Of a DNA stretch of 64,000 nucleotides, positions 36,482 to 57,212 are shown piece by piece. Numbering within the stretch: the first letter of the stretch is position 1; every line of letters starts with the position of its first letter. The stretch covers positions 40,796,001 to 40,860,000 of the forward strand of contig CM022670.1 in NCBI GenBank assembly GCA_012295275.1, written 5' to 3'. The translations under genes were made by a program, and so were the position numbers. The notes beneath the pieces are model-generated. The model saw only the letters and a list, made by a program, of their open reading frames with translations, was not told the origin of the DNA and made no database searches. The DNA is from Chrysomallon squamiferum. Taxonomy: Eukaryota; Animalia; Mollusca.

Positions 36482-39400
36482 TAAAAAAATAATGTTAAAT
36501 CATTAAAATCTAGATCTAAGCGAATCATCAATCACTGAAGATCCTACACGGAATCATTACCTAGTTCAGATAAACCCAGTTGTTTCATGATTCTAGCGTT
36601 TAACGAGCATCTTTATATTATTATTGTTGTTGTTGTTGTTGTTTTTTTGTGTTTTTTATGGCAACACATAAGAATTACAGCTTGTATGAAAATGACATAC
36701 TAATTATTTTTGCTTAATTAACATTTAATATAACGCACATAAAATATTCATTACATCCAAAATCAAGTAAAATCAAACCTTTCAACTCCTGTTCATAAAC
36801 ATGGTGTCTGTCCTCATGTCATCTCCATGGCAACCACAACGTAATCATTTTGCACGAGACGCCATCAACATAATTAATCTTTGATGAAAATGGTGTCACT
36901 CAGAGAGAAACTCTCTGGTTCATGGATTAGTTACATCTCTGTGTAAATTGTGAAATATGTGTTTTTGTACCACCAACAGTTTTACTGATTCTAAATTTGT
37001 TTAATGATCCTAACTAAAATATTAAAAAAACAACAAAAAAAAACAACAACAACAACAACAAAAAAAACATTAAAGAAATCTTTGCTGTAAGACACTTTTG
37101 CAATTAATGAATAAATAAACAAACAAACAAACAAACTAGTACGTAAGTAAATAAGTAAATACCTTAATTAATAAGTAAGTTAGAAAACAAAGAAAAAAGA
37201 AACTAAGTAAATAAGTAAATACATAAATTAATTAATTAATTAATAAGCAAGTTACTAAAGAAACAAACACATAAGTAAGTAAGTAAATAAGTAAATAAAT
37301 AAATTGTATTAGAAAATAAATCAGTTAAACACTTTTCCTATCCAGTAATAATCTGTAACGAGAAGTTCATTTTCAGACAGAAGTGACCTCAACACTAACT
37401 GGGAAAAAATGTTACAAGAGTGTAGTAATAGTAATGGTAGTTTATTTATATTTATTCTTTCATTACTGTTGTGTTGTTGTTGTTGTTGATATTGATGCTG
37501 TTGTTAGAAGTAGTGGTAGTAATTGTAGTTTATTTATTACTGTGTTCGTATTGTACAGTATGATTATTTTACATATGAAGCGAAGACAGCAGTGATTTTA
37601 ATGATCACAGTAATAAATAAACTACAAACATCACCGCGAACTAACAACTATAGATCCCGTGACTTTACAGCTGTGAGAGATGTGATCTGTCCACAGGGCT
37701 ACATATTGCGCTTTTATCGATGTTCAGTCTGTACATACGTTTTCTACTCACGTATCTGTGTTGTATAAAAAGAGGCTGACAGAAAGAGGTGATATATCAA
37801 ACATACTTTTTTAAAAAAAATTATTTGCTATTTTTTAAAATTATTATTTGTTAGATTATTAAAATTTAAAAAAGTATAACTTTGTTATATTGTTGTTTCT
37901 ATTACACATTGTCAGTTTTCTCTTTATGAATAGACATCATATATCACCACGTAATTAGATAAATGTAACACTGTACACCACTCTGTTTCGGTTCAGTAAT
38001 CTCTCCTTACTTCACCAATGCCCCCTACCGAGAAAACAGGGTATCACACTGATATTTTTAATAACCAGTCGCTTTCTATGTGTAAATTAATTTCATATAT
38101 ATACCAAACTCGACGGAGAAAAGTAGGTAATAGTCGTACAGAACTTCCCTGTTACGTCCACGGAAGTTCAGGAGACTGCTATTCTCCAACTACAGTTCAT
38201 AAGATTCCTTATGTCCACGGAAGTTCAAATTACAAGAATGTGCGCATGTCCGCTGGATGATCAAGTATAGTTCAGGAGACTTTGCTTTTCCCCAATTTAA
38301 TCTCAACTACAGTTCGTATGTCTACCGAAAGTTAAAGTTAGAAGTGTGTGCGCATGTCCGCTGAGTGTTCAAGTACAGTTCACGAAACTGTGCTTATGGC
38401 TGATGTGACTGTCTGATGTATACGTGTATGTATACGCATCTATAAATGTATATGTGAGTGTAGGGGTTATGTAGGTATTTATGTTTTATGAAGGTAACAC
38501 GGTCGTAATTTATCATCGTTATTGTATGCACAGCTCTTTTCAGCGTGTATTATCACAGTTCTTTACAGAGGCACTGATGTGGTTATATAAGCACACAGAC
38601 TTTTGTGTTATCTGCTATCTCTGTGTCGCTAACATTCATTATAAGACATTACTGTCTGGTAACTGTATATTAACTGTACACTTGCTGTTATAATTCAGGG
38701 TTGTTATTGTTATAATTATAATGGGCGCATTATTTATTTACTTATTTATTTATTTATTTTTCTAAGATAAACGGAGATGGTTCCGTAAGTTTCGGAAAAG
38801 CGGCAAATTATACACAAACTACAATGAATGCTTCGACTATCGTACCAGCCGTGTGTGCTTTTGTGCTGATATTCATAAAAAAATTGAAACCAGAATAAGT
38901 TACAGAATTACAAACGATTCAAGCCTGCTGACAGACATTGCACAGACAGCTGGACAGTTTGAAATGTTCCAACCTTCTTTCCATCCCGTTTCTGCCTTAG
39001 TAGTCACGTGGGAAAACGTTGGTAATATAAACGACAAGCTACTCGAGGTAAATCACATCTGTTTTGACTTTATTTTATTAATACCATTAATATTGCAGCT
39101 ACTACTGTTTCTACTACCACCACCACTACTACTACTACTCCCTCTCTACTAATACCACTACCGCTACATGGGGAAACTGGGGACCGATAAGCCATTTTTA
39201 AGATATTTGTCCATTTCATCCAAACCTTGATAACTGTTGAAAAACTGTTGATGTTTATAGGAGTTATTACTCTCGATTACAATATAAGAGTTTGATAGGC
39301 TGTCTTCAACAACGTCGTTGCTGGAAACACGTGTGTAACAGGGTCCGTGACGGCTCACTGGGTCCCAAGTGGTAGGTACCAGTGAGACACCCATTAGTGT

Positions 39401-40280
39401 CTTGTTGGCCATGATCTCAAGCAGTGAAACTAGGAATAGGAATAGGAAAAAATTAACGTGCTAATCAGAGCAAGCTGTTGTGAAGCACGTCTGCGATGGG
39501 CACGCTTTCTGACAGGTCAGCGGGCGTGTCCGTCGCAGAAGTGAAACTAGCTAGAAACAACACACATATAAATCTTTTTTTTAATATCTGTCATAAATTT
39601 CATGCACATACTGGAATAAACTAAGGCCCGAATTACATTTTCTACTCAAGGACCTCAGTCTAGGACATATTGTGCTACTGACTCAGTCTCCATTGTTTCA
39701 ATGTAGTTTCAAGATTGAACCCATCAAAACTGCCACTGAATTTTATGATTTCTTTCTGCCTTTTGTTAGTTTGCACAATAGGTTTAGCAAGCATACTCAA
39801 AATCAAATCTGCCTCAGCTGAGCTTATTTCTTGCTGGAAAGGCTTATTAAATGCACATGACATAGTGTGCCTGGCAGATTTTCTGAGAAATTGGACTTCA
39901 TAGTTCCCATTGTCAATTTTGGTTGCGTTCCCGCACGGATCGGGTATTTTTCAGCACGATGCCGCCCCTTGTCCAAATTCTTCGGAATCCACGTATAAGT
40001 TCGAGGCAAATCACTAGACATTAATCCCATACAAAATTTGGGGTTATTATCAATACGAAGCGAATAAAATATCATTTCATTTACCAGACACCATTTTAGT
40101 ACATTTACTGGATGTTCCCGTTAAGCTGCTCAAGAATGTACATACAGACTATATATATTATGTGTATTATTTATTGCACGGTTGCTTTGCTTTTATTTTG
40201 TTTCTTGGATTTTACTCTCTTCGAAAAAAAAAAAAAAAAAAAATAATAATAATAATAATTAGTATGCACTTTTGTTATTG

Positions 40281-40336
<56 letters not shown>

Positions 40337-40440
40337 CTTCTATTTCAGCAGCACCAGCAGCAGTGACAACGACCCCAGGACAGTCTACAGGCACTAGTAT
40401 TGGCGTGATTTCTCATTTATCTTTTGTCCTTTGTTATTAA
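36250..40440 (+). pseudogene. NIDO gene copy 3, disrupted
   Basis: Exon 1 (36250-36420) is intact with a signal peptide. Exon 2 (38767-39047) is 281 nt, with T4 instead of T5 at 38859-38862, a frameshift. No exon 3 or 4 homologues; unrelated DNA sits at ~39167-40145. Exon 5 (40349-40440) has a shortened hydrophobic tail. Confidence 0.8.
39167..40145 (-). mobile_element. ~1 kb unrelated insertion with broken minus-strand ORFs (unidentified TE, virus or host-gene fragment)
   Basis: Non-repetitive, more GC-rich block absent from the other paralogs. ORF pieces at 40075-39824, 39863-39675 and 39412-39164; the last runs into the flanking microsatellite. Confidence 0.4.
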
Positions 40441-41924
40441 AATTCATCTACTTTTTTTGTCTTTGTTTTCTTTTTTAATTAAACAAGAAAGAAAGAAAGA
40501 ATAAATACACCCATACATTTATAAAGAAATGCAGAACAAACAAAAAGTTGATAATAATAAATGTGGTTACAAGGTGAAGCATTGCTTTCTATGACTGCAT
40601 GTTTTAATCCTTGAAAGATATATTAAAGGAGAAAGATATAGACGATTATTAATTAATTAATTAACTTATTAATTAATTTATTTATAGACAATTGCTTACA
40701 TACACACACGCACATATTATAAATACGTATTCTGTTTAATGTTTTATCATGTAGAAGGATTGTTTTTAGGGCCATGAATAAATAACTAAGCATAATAATG
40801 ACAAAGGTAGGCTTATCTGCTCGCTAATTTACTATATGGTGAAAAATGTCATTTGTAAATTATTTATGATTAAAATTATGATATCAGCTTATTTCAGTTT
40901 ACTCTTTTGTACACACATTAGTAGTAATGTCTAGTAATCAAACTTCAACACAAGACCGAAGAAAATCACCTTAAAATATTTCGTTATTCACTTGTAGTAA
41001 TATATTAACATTTCACAATGGAAAAGTCGGTAATAATAATTATTCTTCTAGGGAAAAACAGTACATAATATTATTATAGTTTAATTTTTTAATTATTCAT
41101 CATATTAGTAAGATTCAACAGTTATATAATCAATATTTATCGAACATATTAAAAGTTATGTGTTTTGATTCAATTGTCAATAAATATAGGCATCACCCTT
41201 AAAAGTTTACATACTTTGTTAGAAGTCGCGTGTTCTAAATATAAGTAGCATTGACCGTGCATATTAACCTTTGCATTGTCAACAACTAGACGACAGTCGG
41301 ATTGCTGTCAGAGCAGAATTGCATGTTTGTGTGATAAATATTTATTTATAAGCATGGAGGTGTCACTGAAATCAAACTTTTTGTTATTTTATAACCAAAC
41401 AGTAAAGCTATGAGTACTTACCCAAAATCTTGACATTTCTTCAAAATCATTCACCAGCAAATCAGCGTGTTTTCTGTCATCACATTTCTGTTATTAAACG
41501 CATGACCAGGGGGTGTTGCGCGTGCTAATCCACAACCAAGTAAATGCTGCATTATCGTGGAACCCCGATATCGTGAGCAAGGAGTAATACATGTCAAAGA
41601 AAATAATAATAATAATAATAATAATAATAACTATAAAAACTATAAAAACAAATCTCAGCGAAAATTACGTAACAAGTCAAAGTTACTTCTGTCTAGTTAC
41701 ACCACAGCCCGACAAGAATCCCAGACGACACTTGATTGACAGGTGTCACCGCAGTGCAGTCAGTCGCATGATGCAGGGTAGTTCCGGTACAGCCATTTTT
41801 AATATATAATTTTGATTTTAAATTTCATTTTTTTCTTTTTTTTTTACTTTTTTTTTCTGCGCGTTTGGCGGGGTTTTAATGATTTTTATTATTATTTTGT
41901 TTTAATATATTCTTTTTTTATTTG

Positions 41925-41965
<41 letters not shown>

Positions 41966-41980
41966 TTTAATTGTTTATCT

Positions 41981-42071
41981 GATGATAAACCTCTGATATT
42001 TTCTAGTCGTGTTTTATCTGTGCAGCCTCCGTTTAGATTTTATGGAAAATACTACAGTTCTATCTACGTAA

Positions 42072-42106
<35 letters not shown>

Positions 42107-44439
42107 ATAATAATAATAATATCATGATCAGCAGCAACGGCAACACCACCACCAACAACAGCAATAATAATTTTTTTTAAATTAAAAAAAAAAAAAATAA
42201 TAATAATAAATTAAGAAAATAATAATTAAAATTGCTTTCAGAAAGTTAGTAGTTTTCGTGAAAATAATTATTAAAATCAATTGTCTAATTATTGTTTTAT
42301 GATTCTGTTCTGTTTTATTATATTTAATTAGTATGTGTATGAATATTTGCCTGTGCATATGTTTGCATATATGTAGATAGCGGCATCAAAATATTTAAAT
42401 TTTTAACTATTTTCATTTTTTTTTTTTTTTCTTTTTTCTTTTTGTTAGTTAGTTAAATAGAACTTTTGAAAACAATTACAGAACAAAACATATATATCAT
42501 TTTTATATCTTGTTAGTTAAACAGAACTTTTGAATACAAATACAGAACAATTTTTTATTATTATTATTTTGAAATCTTGCTTATTTTTGGAGATATAACG
42601 TTTGAAATACTGACGTTAAAAGCCTAAATCCCGCCTGTAATTTTTTTGACAATGATCATTGCATTCTGGTTGTGTATTCAATCGTCCAGACATGAGGAAA
42701 ATGACTTCTGCGGACATAAATAGATAATCACAACGTTATCGTATGGTTTGTTTCTAATTTTGAGTGAATACAGACAACACAGTCCATCAAATGTCATCAA
42801 TGCAGTACTGAGCTGCGTTTGTACTTGGCATTTACTCTATAATTTATGGAGTAACATGCAACTACTAGAAACCTGCGTATGTAGAACCGACATTAGAACA
42901 TCCAGAAACATGAGATTACTTGAAGGTGGATCGTATACATATAGTATGCTCTTGTGATTTGTTAGTTCTATTTTGGTCATGTACTTTTCTGTTACCTTCA
43001 GACTGGCCTCTACGTTTTGTACGTAGTATAGTTCCTTAACTTTCTTTTTATTACTTGGATCGGACGAATTAAAACAAAATAGCGCGTTTCAGTAATTAAC
43101 AGTGAAACTAAAGCAAGATGTAGGAACTACCGGCTGATTTTAAATAATCGATCGAAGTCAACTTCCGCGAACTACCCCGTGGCGAAATCTATGGGCAAGA
43201 TCGCCGCCCCCACCCCGATAAGTTAGATTATATTAAAATATAAAGCATATATTCTTTATTCCTAAGCAAAATAAAAGACTGTCATCGTTGGTATCACAAA
43301 GCGAATGAAATGTTTTTCTTTTAAAATGAATTGGACCGCCGTAGATTTGTTAAGTTCAGTAATGTGTCGATGATATGAATCTTTTTAGAGCAGAATATAT
43401 CAAAAATAGATAAAAATTAAATGAATCTTGAATAACTTTATAAGAAACATTAATTAAATGTGATTAATAACTGGCTTACTGAGATGGTGCCGAATTCGAT
43501 CAAGAAACGAGATAAGTATGTATGATTTATGAAGGTAACACGGTCGTAATTTATCATCATTACCTCACAGTAATTGTACGCACAGCTCTTTTCAGCGTGG
43601 ATTATCACAATTCTTTACAGAGGCATTGATGTGGTTATATAATCACACAGACTTTTGTGTTACTTGCTATCTCGACTCATCTCTGTGTCGCTAACATTCA
43701 TTATAAGACATTACTATCTGGTAACTGTATATTAACTGTACACTTGCTGTTATAATTTAGGGTTGTTATTGTTATGATTATTTATTTATTTATTTATTTA
43801 TTTTTAAGATAAATAAATACGGTTCTTTATATGGACTATCACAGGGCCGGCAGATTTTACACACATACAATGAATGTTCGACTATCGTATCAGCCGTGGG
43901 TGCTTTTTGTGTGAATATTCACAGAATCAAAGACAGCAGCATGCATAACAGAATCACAAACGATTCAAGCCTGCTGACAGACATTGCACAGACATGTTTG
44001 AACCTTCTTTCCATCCCGTTTCTGCCCTAGTAGTCACTTTCGAAAACGTTGGTAACATAAACGAAAAGGGATACGAGGTAAATCATATCTGATTCTATTT
44101 TATTTTGTTAGCAACATTAATATCATAACTGCTACTGTTTTATTACTACTATGCTAGTACTGTTAGTACTAATACTGCCTGCTTATTTGTTGCCACCACT
44201 ACTACTACTATTACTACTACCACCATCACCACTAGTTCTACTTCTACTACTACTGCCGCAACACTGCTACAACAACAACAGTTACGACTATTACTACTAC
44301 CACCACCACAACTACTACTATTATGTGCGTGTGTTGTTGGGAAAATAGACTAACAATAAATTCTTACAATTCTTCGTGCATTCCATCGTTTCATTTTATA
44401 CTTTCAATGTATGGAAGTCTAGCAGGTTGTGTTTTATTG

Positions 44440-44479
<40 letters not shown>

Positions 44480-46127
44480 TAATGTTAATGTAGAGAACAG
44501 TGACTTGGGTAATCGACACTAAAGATCTTTCAGCAGAATATCCTGACTTGGACTCTTCCAGTCTACAACCCATTAAAATTTAGGTTTGTATGAGCGTTTT
44601 TGACAGTGTTTTATGTGTGTCTCCCTGTAGAGATATCTGTCAAGGTATTTGTGAAGGTGTATGTATGTGTACGCACGCACGTGAGTACGTATGTACTAAG
44701 ATATGTCCATGTGCGAAGTGTACGAACGGTTTTCCGGAGAGGACTACTTACAGAGATATGCAATGATTATCACTCCAAATATGGTGATAATGATGATGAA
44801 TATGTTATGAAAATATGTTATTTTAGCCTGGTTTCCGTAGTGATGACCGTAGTAAGTATTATCTTCTAGAAGGGTCAAGGACAGAGGATTTTCTCAACGG
44901 TCAATCGTAAGTCGATCATGATAATTCCTGGAATGTATTTGTTTCGAGTAGATACGGACAAAATGGAACCAGTTCGTATACGCAAGTTAGCTAACATTTA
45001 ATTGGATATGTCAGCGACAGATACATATACATATATATATATATATATATATTCATAATATTATACATATTCATAATATTATACATATTCATAATATTAT
45101 ACATATACATATTCATAATATACATTATATACATACGTCTATCTGTATCATTTCTTTCTTTTATTATCTTTCTACACCTATCTATTTACACGAATGTATC
45201 TAAGTAGGTATATGTGTATGTTTGTGTGTGTGTGTGTATATGTGAGTGTGTTTATGTAGTTGTTTTTTTTATTAATATCACACACACGTTTTCATTTTGT
45301 AATTTATTTTAAGCTTTTAAACATAGGTCTCAGAATACATTTTATATCAATATTACAATAATTAATTCTGAAAACACCCAAGCACACACAAACACACACA
45401 CACACATCTATATACACATATACATATTCATAGATTTATATTATTTTTATTATACCATATTTAAATGGAACGTTTTCCATACCAAGTAAGTTCAAGGGTG
45501 CTTTACAATGTAAACTAATAAACTAAAATATAAAAAGACATAGACATATTAACCTGGATATCCGCAACATGAACTATCGGGTCCAATTTCATAATAAAAT
45601 ATATATTAGATATACAACACAGGACCCTTCACATTTTATTAAAAGATTATAACAAAGAAACGTATATAGACTGTAACAAATGAAATACTTTTGCTAAAGG
45701 GAGAAAATCTCTTTACAATCACTATTATGACACTATTTCGGCTGACCAACTTTCATCAAAACCCACTGATCTGTACTGTAACGTTTTATTTACACACACA
45801 CACACGCACATACATATACTATGATATATGCAAACACTATATTCTTGATTTTTTATGTATACAAGTTTGTTTTATTTCAGTGTTTGTTTCTTTTCTTGTT
45901 CGTGTAACAACAACAAAAAAAAAAAAAAAAAAATTAAAGTAAAAATAAATAAATAAATAAATAAATAATAATAATTGTTATTATTATCTAAACAGAATTT
46001 TTGCTTCTGTTTCAGCAACAAAATCAATAAAAACCCTGACATCGACGACCACAAAAAGTCTACAGAGACTGGGTTAGGTGTAACCACACTTGTTATAATT
46101 ACTGTTTTATCTTTTGTCCTTTGTTAA
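41981..46127 (+). pseudogene. NIDO gene copy 4, decayed pseudogene
   Basis: 3' half of exon 1 (41981-42067, ...VLSVQPPFRFYGKYYSSIY) without ATG or signal peptide. Exon 2 (43809-44077) has several indels. Truncated exon 3 (~44481-44583) has TAG stops. Exon 4 (~44827-44981) is frameshifted with a GC donor. Exon 5 (46016-46127) is frameshifted. Confidence 0.85.
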
Positions 46128-46140
46128 TAATAATACTAAT

Positions 46141-46176
<36 letters not shown>

Positions 46177-49100
46177 TTTTATTAATATACAAAATAATTA
46201 ATTATAAATAAACAAATAAACTGAATCAGCAAGTAATATTTTTATTCAGAAATGGTAAATAAAAACACAGATAAAGATAATAATAAAAAATAACACCCCA
46301 CAAAAATGTCTTAAAATCTACTTTACATTTTTATTTTCATGTGCAAATATCTTTATTCCAGAGTTATACTACTACTACTACTAGTACAATACAAAAATAA
46401 TAATGATGATGATATCATGATGAATAATTAGTAATATTAATAGTACATACAGTAGTATTACTAGAACTAGTAATAGTTGTAGTAGTAGTAGTAATAATGA
46501 TGGTGATGCTGGTGATGATGATAATAATAATTAGTAATACTAATAGTGGTATTTCTAGTAATAGTCATAAGCAGAAATAATAATAGTATTAATAATAATA
46601 ATAATAGAAGTAATAAAATAGAAATATAATAAAAATAAAATAAAATAGCAAAAGTAATAATAATAAAAATAATAATAATAAAGATGATGATGATGATGAT
46701 GATGATAGAACATTCAAAACACTATGTAATCAACAAGAATTCAACATTCATATAAGAAATGAATACAAGACATAAAAGGATTTCAGACAAATTGCAAATA
46801 AATTTTATATATTAATTACATAATTGTCACATACAGTAAATCTTATATTTTATCAATTTCTCACCAATTCTAAGTGAAAGCCATACATTTTATATATACA
46901 TACATATGTGTATCTGTGTGTATCTGTGTGTTTATGTGTGTGTGTTATACAGTTGATTCCCTCATTATATACAGACTGTGAATGCAGCAATATATGTGCC
47001 AGATTCTCATACAACTTTTGTATGTTTATGAACCCTAGATATTATTACAAATGATTCATGCACTTCAAGCATGTACCATATTTTTTACTTTAGTTGAAAC
47101 TAATTATAAGTCTTTTGTAGTTTAGAATAATTTAAAACAGACGTCTTGGTTGAACAAACTTTTAAAAAAAAAAGATATAATCAGTAATAATGTTAGTTTC
47201 AGTGTAACTTAATAAAATGTTTAGTGTTTATCTATGGAACAAGATATAACATAATTTCACAACTGTAGGTATTTATCATATAGAGATATATTTGTGTGTG
47301 TGTGTCTGTGTGTGTGTCTGTGTGTTTGGATGTTTGCAAACATAAATATTATATATTCAATAGAATATGAAACAAGAGAGTTGAGAAAACAAAATAAACA
47401 GAATTAAACAAACATGTTAAAGTATGCCTTTCATGGTACACATGAAATGTCTGAATACATACAGCATACAACAAACTATAATCTAGTTAGCAACAAGTCT
47501 TTACTAAAAAAAACACACATCAAAATGAAAGGTCTGAAAATGCATAATGGCTGATATTTCATCTTTATCGTGACATAATTTGTGTTGCTGTATGTATGAG
47601 AAAACCAAACTAAACTGCAAAATTTTGAATTTTTAAAAAAAAAATTGTTTTTATTAATTTACATCACATACAGATTCACACATGTAAAATTCTCTCACAA
47701 AGTGTGTTAAACTGTGATGTGATCGGAAACCAGTCGTAACATTATTTTTATCAAAGTTAATTATACCACAATCAAAAATGATGAAAATAAAAAATTAAAA
47801 TTCTAGACAAGCATCAGTAAATTCGTTTTGTCAAAGTGGAAATAAGAATGAAATTAAGTGATTCAGACAGAAAACAAAACAAAAAAAAAGTAATAAATTA
47901 GCTCATTCTGATGTTCTACGAGTTTGCTTGCTGCTGGCTTCTTTGTCCAGATTTTCCTGTGCATCATCAGTTTATAAAACAATATGAACAAAAATATTCA
48001 TGACAAACTAAGTATATCATTATATGCCACTGATATAAAGAATTATGCAGATTATTATGATTTTTTTTCTTCGCCACATCTATGAAATTAAGCAATGATA
48101 AAAATGTCAGCCTTGGTTGTTTTTTTATCATACTTTATTAGTAGTAAAGACTTATCACTGTAACAAGTAAAACCATTGCAAAATGTATTTATGACATTTG
48201 TATAATCAAAGGTGCACTTTAAATAAGCCAGATTTCTATAATGCATATAGTGAAATAAAATAAAATAAATATAATGCGGTTTAGTTCACCTACAACAGAA
48301 AGAGCAGCAGATACTTATATCACAGTAGACTATGTACAGAATTCTGTTTCACCACACACACAACAGAAAATTTAATCTTTAAAGTCTGTGTCTATTTGCC
48401 TGTTGTAAATATTAATATTAGAGAAATTTGAAGTCATTAATAAAATCAATAAATAAGAAAATTACAAAATAAAATTAGTATTAATAATAATCTTAATAAT
48501 AATAATAATATATTTTAAAAATAAAGAAGAATAATTTAAATCAAAAGTTTTGAAAAGTTAAAATTACAAAACAATTATTCAGTTAAAAAAAAGATATAAA
48601 CTGAAAATACCAAATAATTAACTAAAAATATAAAGACGCCATTTTCATATTTCTGGTGTCTTTATGATCATACTGTTCAAAATTTTTCAACATATTCTTA
48701 ATGTATTTATCATTTATCTTTGATAGAGGTAACAAACAGCTTTAAAACCTACTTAGAAACTTACTATTTGTTTATAAACCTTTACTAAGTAAACAATAAA
48801 AGAACTAGCTGATGTTAAGTTGGTACATGTCTAAATTTATTAAAAGTTTCTTCGTACTGTTACTAAAAATGATAAGAGTTAATTTTTTAACCTAAAGAAA
48901 ACAAAGAAGTTATTGAAGAGGTGTAACTTTTTACTGAGGTGTAAGTGTTTTAGTATTTTGATGCAAACTGGCCAGTGAAGGAGTCTGTTTTGGTAGGAAC
49001 AGTTGTAGTCCCTCTACAGGGATTTACCAGGGTTTTTGGGTTTTTTTTTTACTGAACCTATATGGTGTAAACTAAGGAATATTTAAATGGTTTGAGAACA

Positions 49101-49834
49101 AGACTAGTTTTTTCAAATGGTAAATTTTTAAAAGAAAACATTATCTGAATTTCACTGTTGGATAACTGTTTTTAAAATAGAAATCTGCATTTTGATAATA
49201 TTTTATTGAAAATATGTTTATATTTGTATTTTAACTTAGGAAACATGCTATGAGTGACTGGAAATTTATGATAATAAATAAATAACAGTTCTAAATTTTA
49301 AAAACATTAACAAAAATTAATAGTTGCAATAATTGAAAACAAAAAATGAAAATAAGAAAGAAGGAAAAATGCACTTAAACAATCTGTACAATAATAATAT
49401 TTAATTGCATCCATATTGTCAATCTACTTTGTGAGAAAAACACCCATTTTTTTTTTTAATTGTAACATTTGGTGCAGTGTAGAAATCATTTTACAGAGCA
49501 GACCTTGTTCACACTTAAAGATTTAATCTTTTTATTACATTTTTTTCATTACAAAACCCCACAGAAACCCATATAAGCTTGAAGCAGTATTGCACAAACC
49601 TTAGAAAAAGTTCAGTCTTTACCTCATAATTATTCATTTGTTTTAAAATTAAATTAAACAGCCACCACATTACATGTTGTTTTTACATCTTTCATGTCAT
49701 CATCCTCTTTTGTTTAATGCCACCACTCAAATTCAAGTCTAAAAATTTTAAATTTAGATTTTCTTTCTGTTCTCTCCTTGTCTTCGCAGGACTTTGTTTC
49801 CGAATTTCTTTCGAAAGATTTCTCGTGATTTTTT

Positions 49835-55590
<5,756 letters not shown>

Positions 55591-56313
55591 TTTGGAACTA
55601 TCTGTTGTAAATCCACACAATACATCAAGCGCTCCATTTCCAAGTAAAATATTTCTTAATTCGGTAGATAGAGGATATTAAATATTACAATTAATTCGAA
55701 CAATACTTAATATATATATATTTTTATTTTTAATTAATCGAAACCAAACAAATAAACAAAGCTTCAACAAAAATTCAACATAAAACACAATGCTATTTAT
55801 CACTGACTTCGTCACCTTTTCCACATTCCACTGTGTTATTTACTGATATTGAATTATCGCTGTACTGCTTAATGGTTATTGCCTATTTTGGATTCTTCAC
55901 AGTCTCTTAGATCTGACTCTATAAGGTCTTGTAAATCCATTCAAACGTAATGTTTATTTATAGCCTTACACATCATTAGCATACGCATTTGTCTTGACAT
56001 AAAAAATAAAGTAAAACTATTTTTGTAATTGATTTCATTATAAATCCAATACATACAGGGTGGTCCAAAAATTTTTTTTTTTTTAAAATAAAATAACTAA
56101 AATTTTAAATAATACATCAGAAATACCATAGTTTTAACGAAAACCATTATAATAATAATCCCTAATCCTACCCCACCTGATTTATAAGTGAACAAAGGGG
56201 ACATACATATTTTAAATGCATTTTTAAAAATATTATTATTATTATTATTATTGTTGTTGTTGTTGTTGTTGTTGTTTGTGTTAGTCAGCAGTACTATTTT
56301 CCACTTACTAATA

Positions 56314-56345
<32 letters not shown>

Positions 56346-56778
56346 CTTTTAATAATAATAATAATAATAGTAATTGTAGTATTAATAGTAGTATTAATAG
56401 TAGTAGTAGTACCAGTAGTCATAGTGTTACTACTACTAGTAGTAGTAAGTAAGTAGTAGTAATAGCTGTAGTTCATTATGTTTATTAAACTAAACGGCTG
56501 GTGTTGTAAAATGACATGTCGCAGGGGAAACAACTCTTGTTTGCTATTTATACTAAGAATATTAAATATAGAATATTACAAATACTTATTTTATCGTCTA
56601 AATAAGGAAAGATCAAAGTAAACAGTGTACTTATTTATATTTTGAGTAATATTTAGCGTTGTTGGTGTTGTCCTATTATTTATCTGTAATGTTAATTACA
56701 TTTGTATTTGTCATTTTTCCAAAATTAAGCTTGAGCTCTATAAACAGCTTTACCTGGTATTAGGATTCTGCTTAACTT

Positions 56779-56860
56779 CCATATATGGATATAATACAAA
56801 CCACCTTATTACGGTACTTCCATATATGTCCTTCTGAAAGGAAAACTTTTAGTATATTAA
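56779..56860 (+). promoter_or_regulatory. Actin promoter: CArG (SRF) box cluster and TATA-like element
   Basis: Perfect CCATATATGG at 56779-56788, near-CArG CCTTATTACG (56804) and CCATATATGT (56820), TATATTAA at 56853, all 100-180 nt upstream of the ATG. Confidence 0.75.
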
Positions 56861-56956
56861 GCGCTTTCTTTTCTTAATCGGAACATTTCAGGAGCAAGTT
56901 TGGTCCAAGCGATAAGTAATATTTTAGTGAAACTGAAACTCCAAAAGGTTTTCAAC

Positions 56957-57165
56957 ATGGTGGATGATGACATTGCTGCTCTTGTCTTTGACAACGGTTC
57001 GGGGATGTGCAAGGCTGGATTTGCAGGCGATGATGCTCCCCGGGCAGTTTTTCCGTCAATCACTGGATTTCCTAGATACCAAGTAAGTTTTATTTTATTT
57101 TTCTTTAGAATAACAAATAAAGATAGGCATATAAAATACATTAAACGTATCACTACTACTACTTT

Positions 57166-57212
<47 letters not shown>

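Noticed and set aside
56054-56070. TACAGGGTGGTCCAAAA resembling a Tc1/mariner terminal repeat
   Set aside because: No matching second terminus or transposase remnant found nearby.
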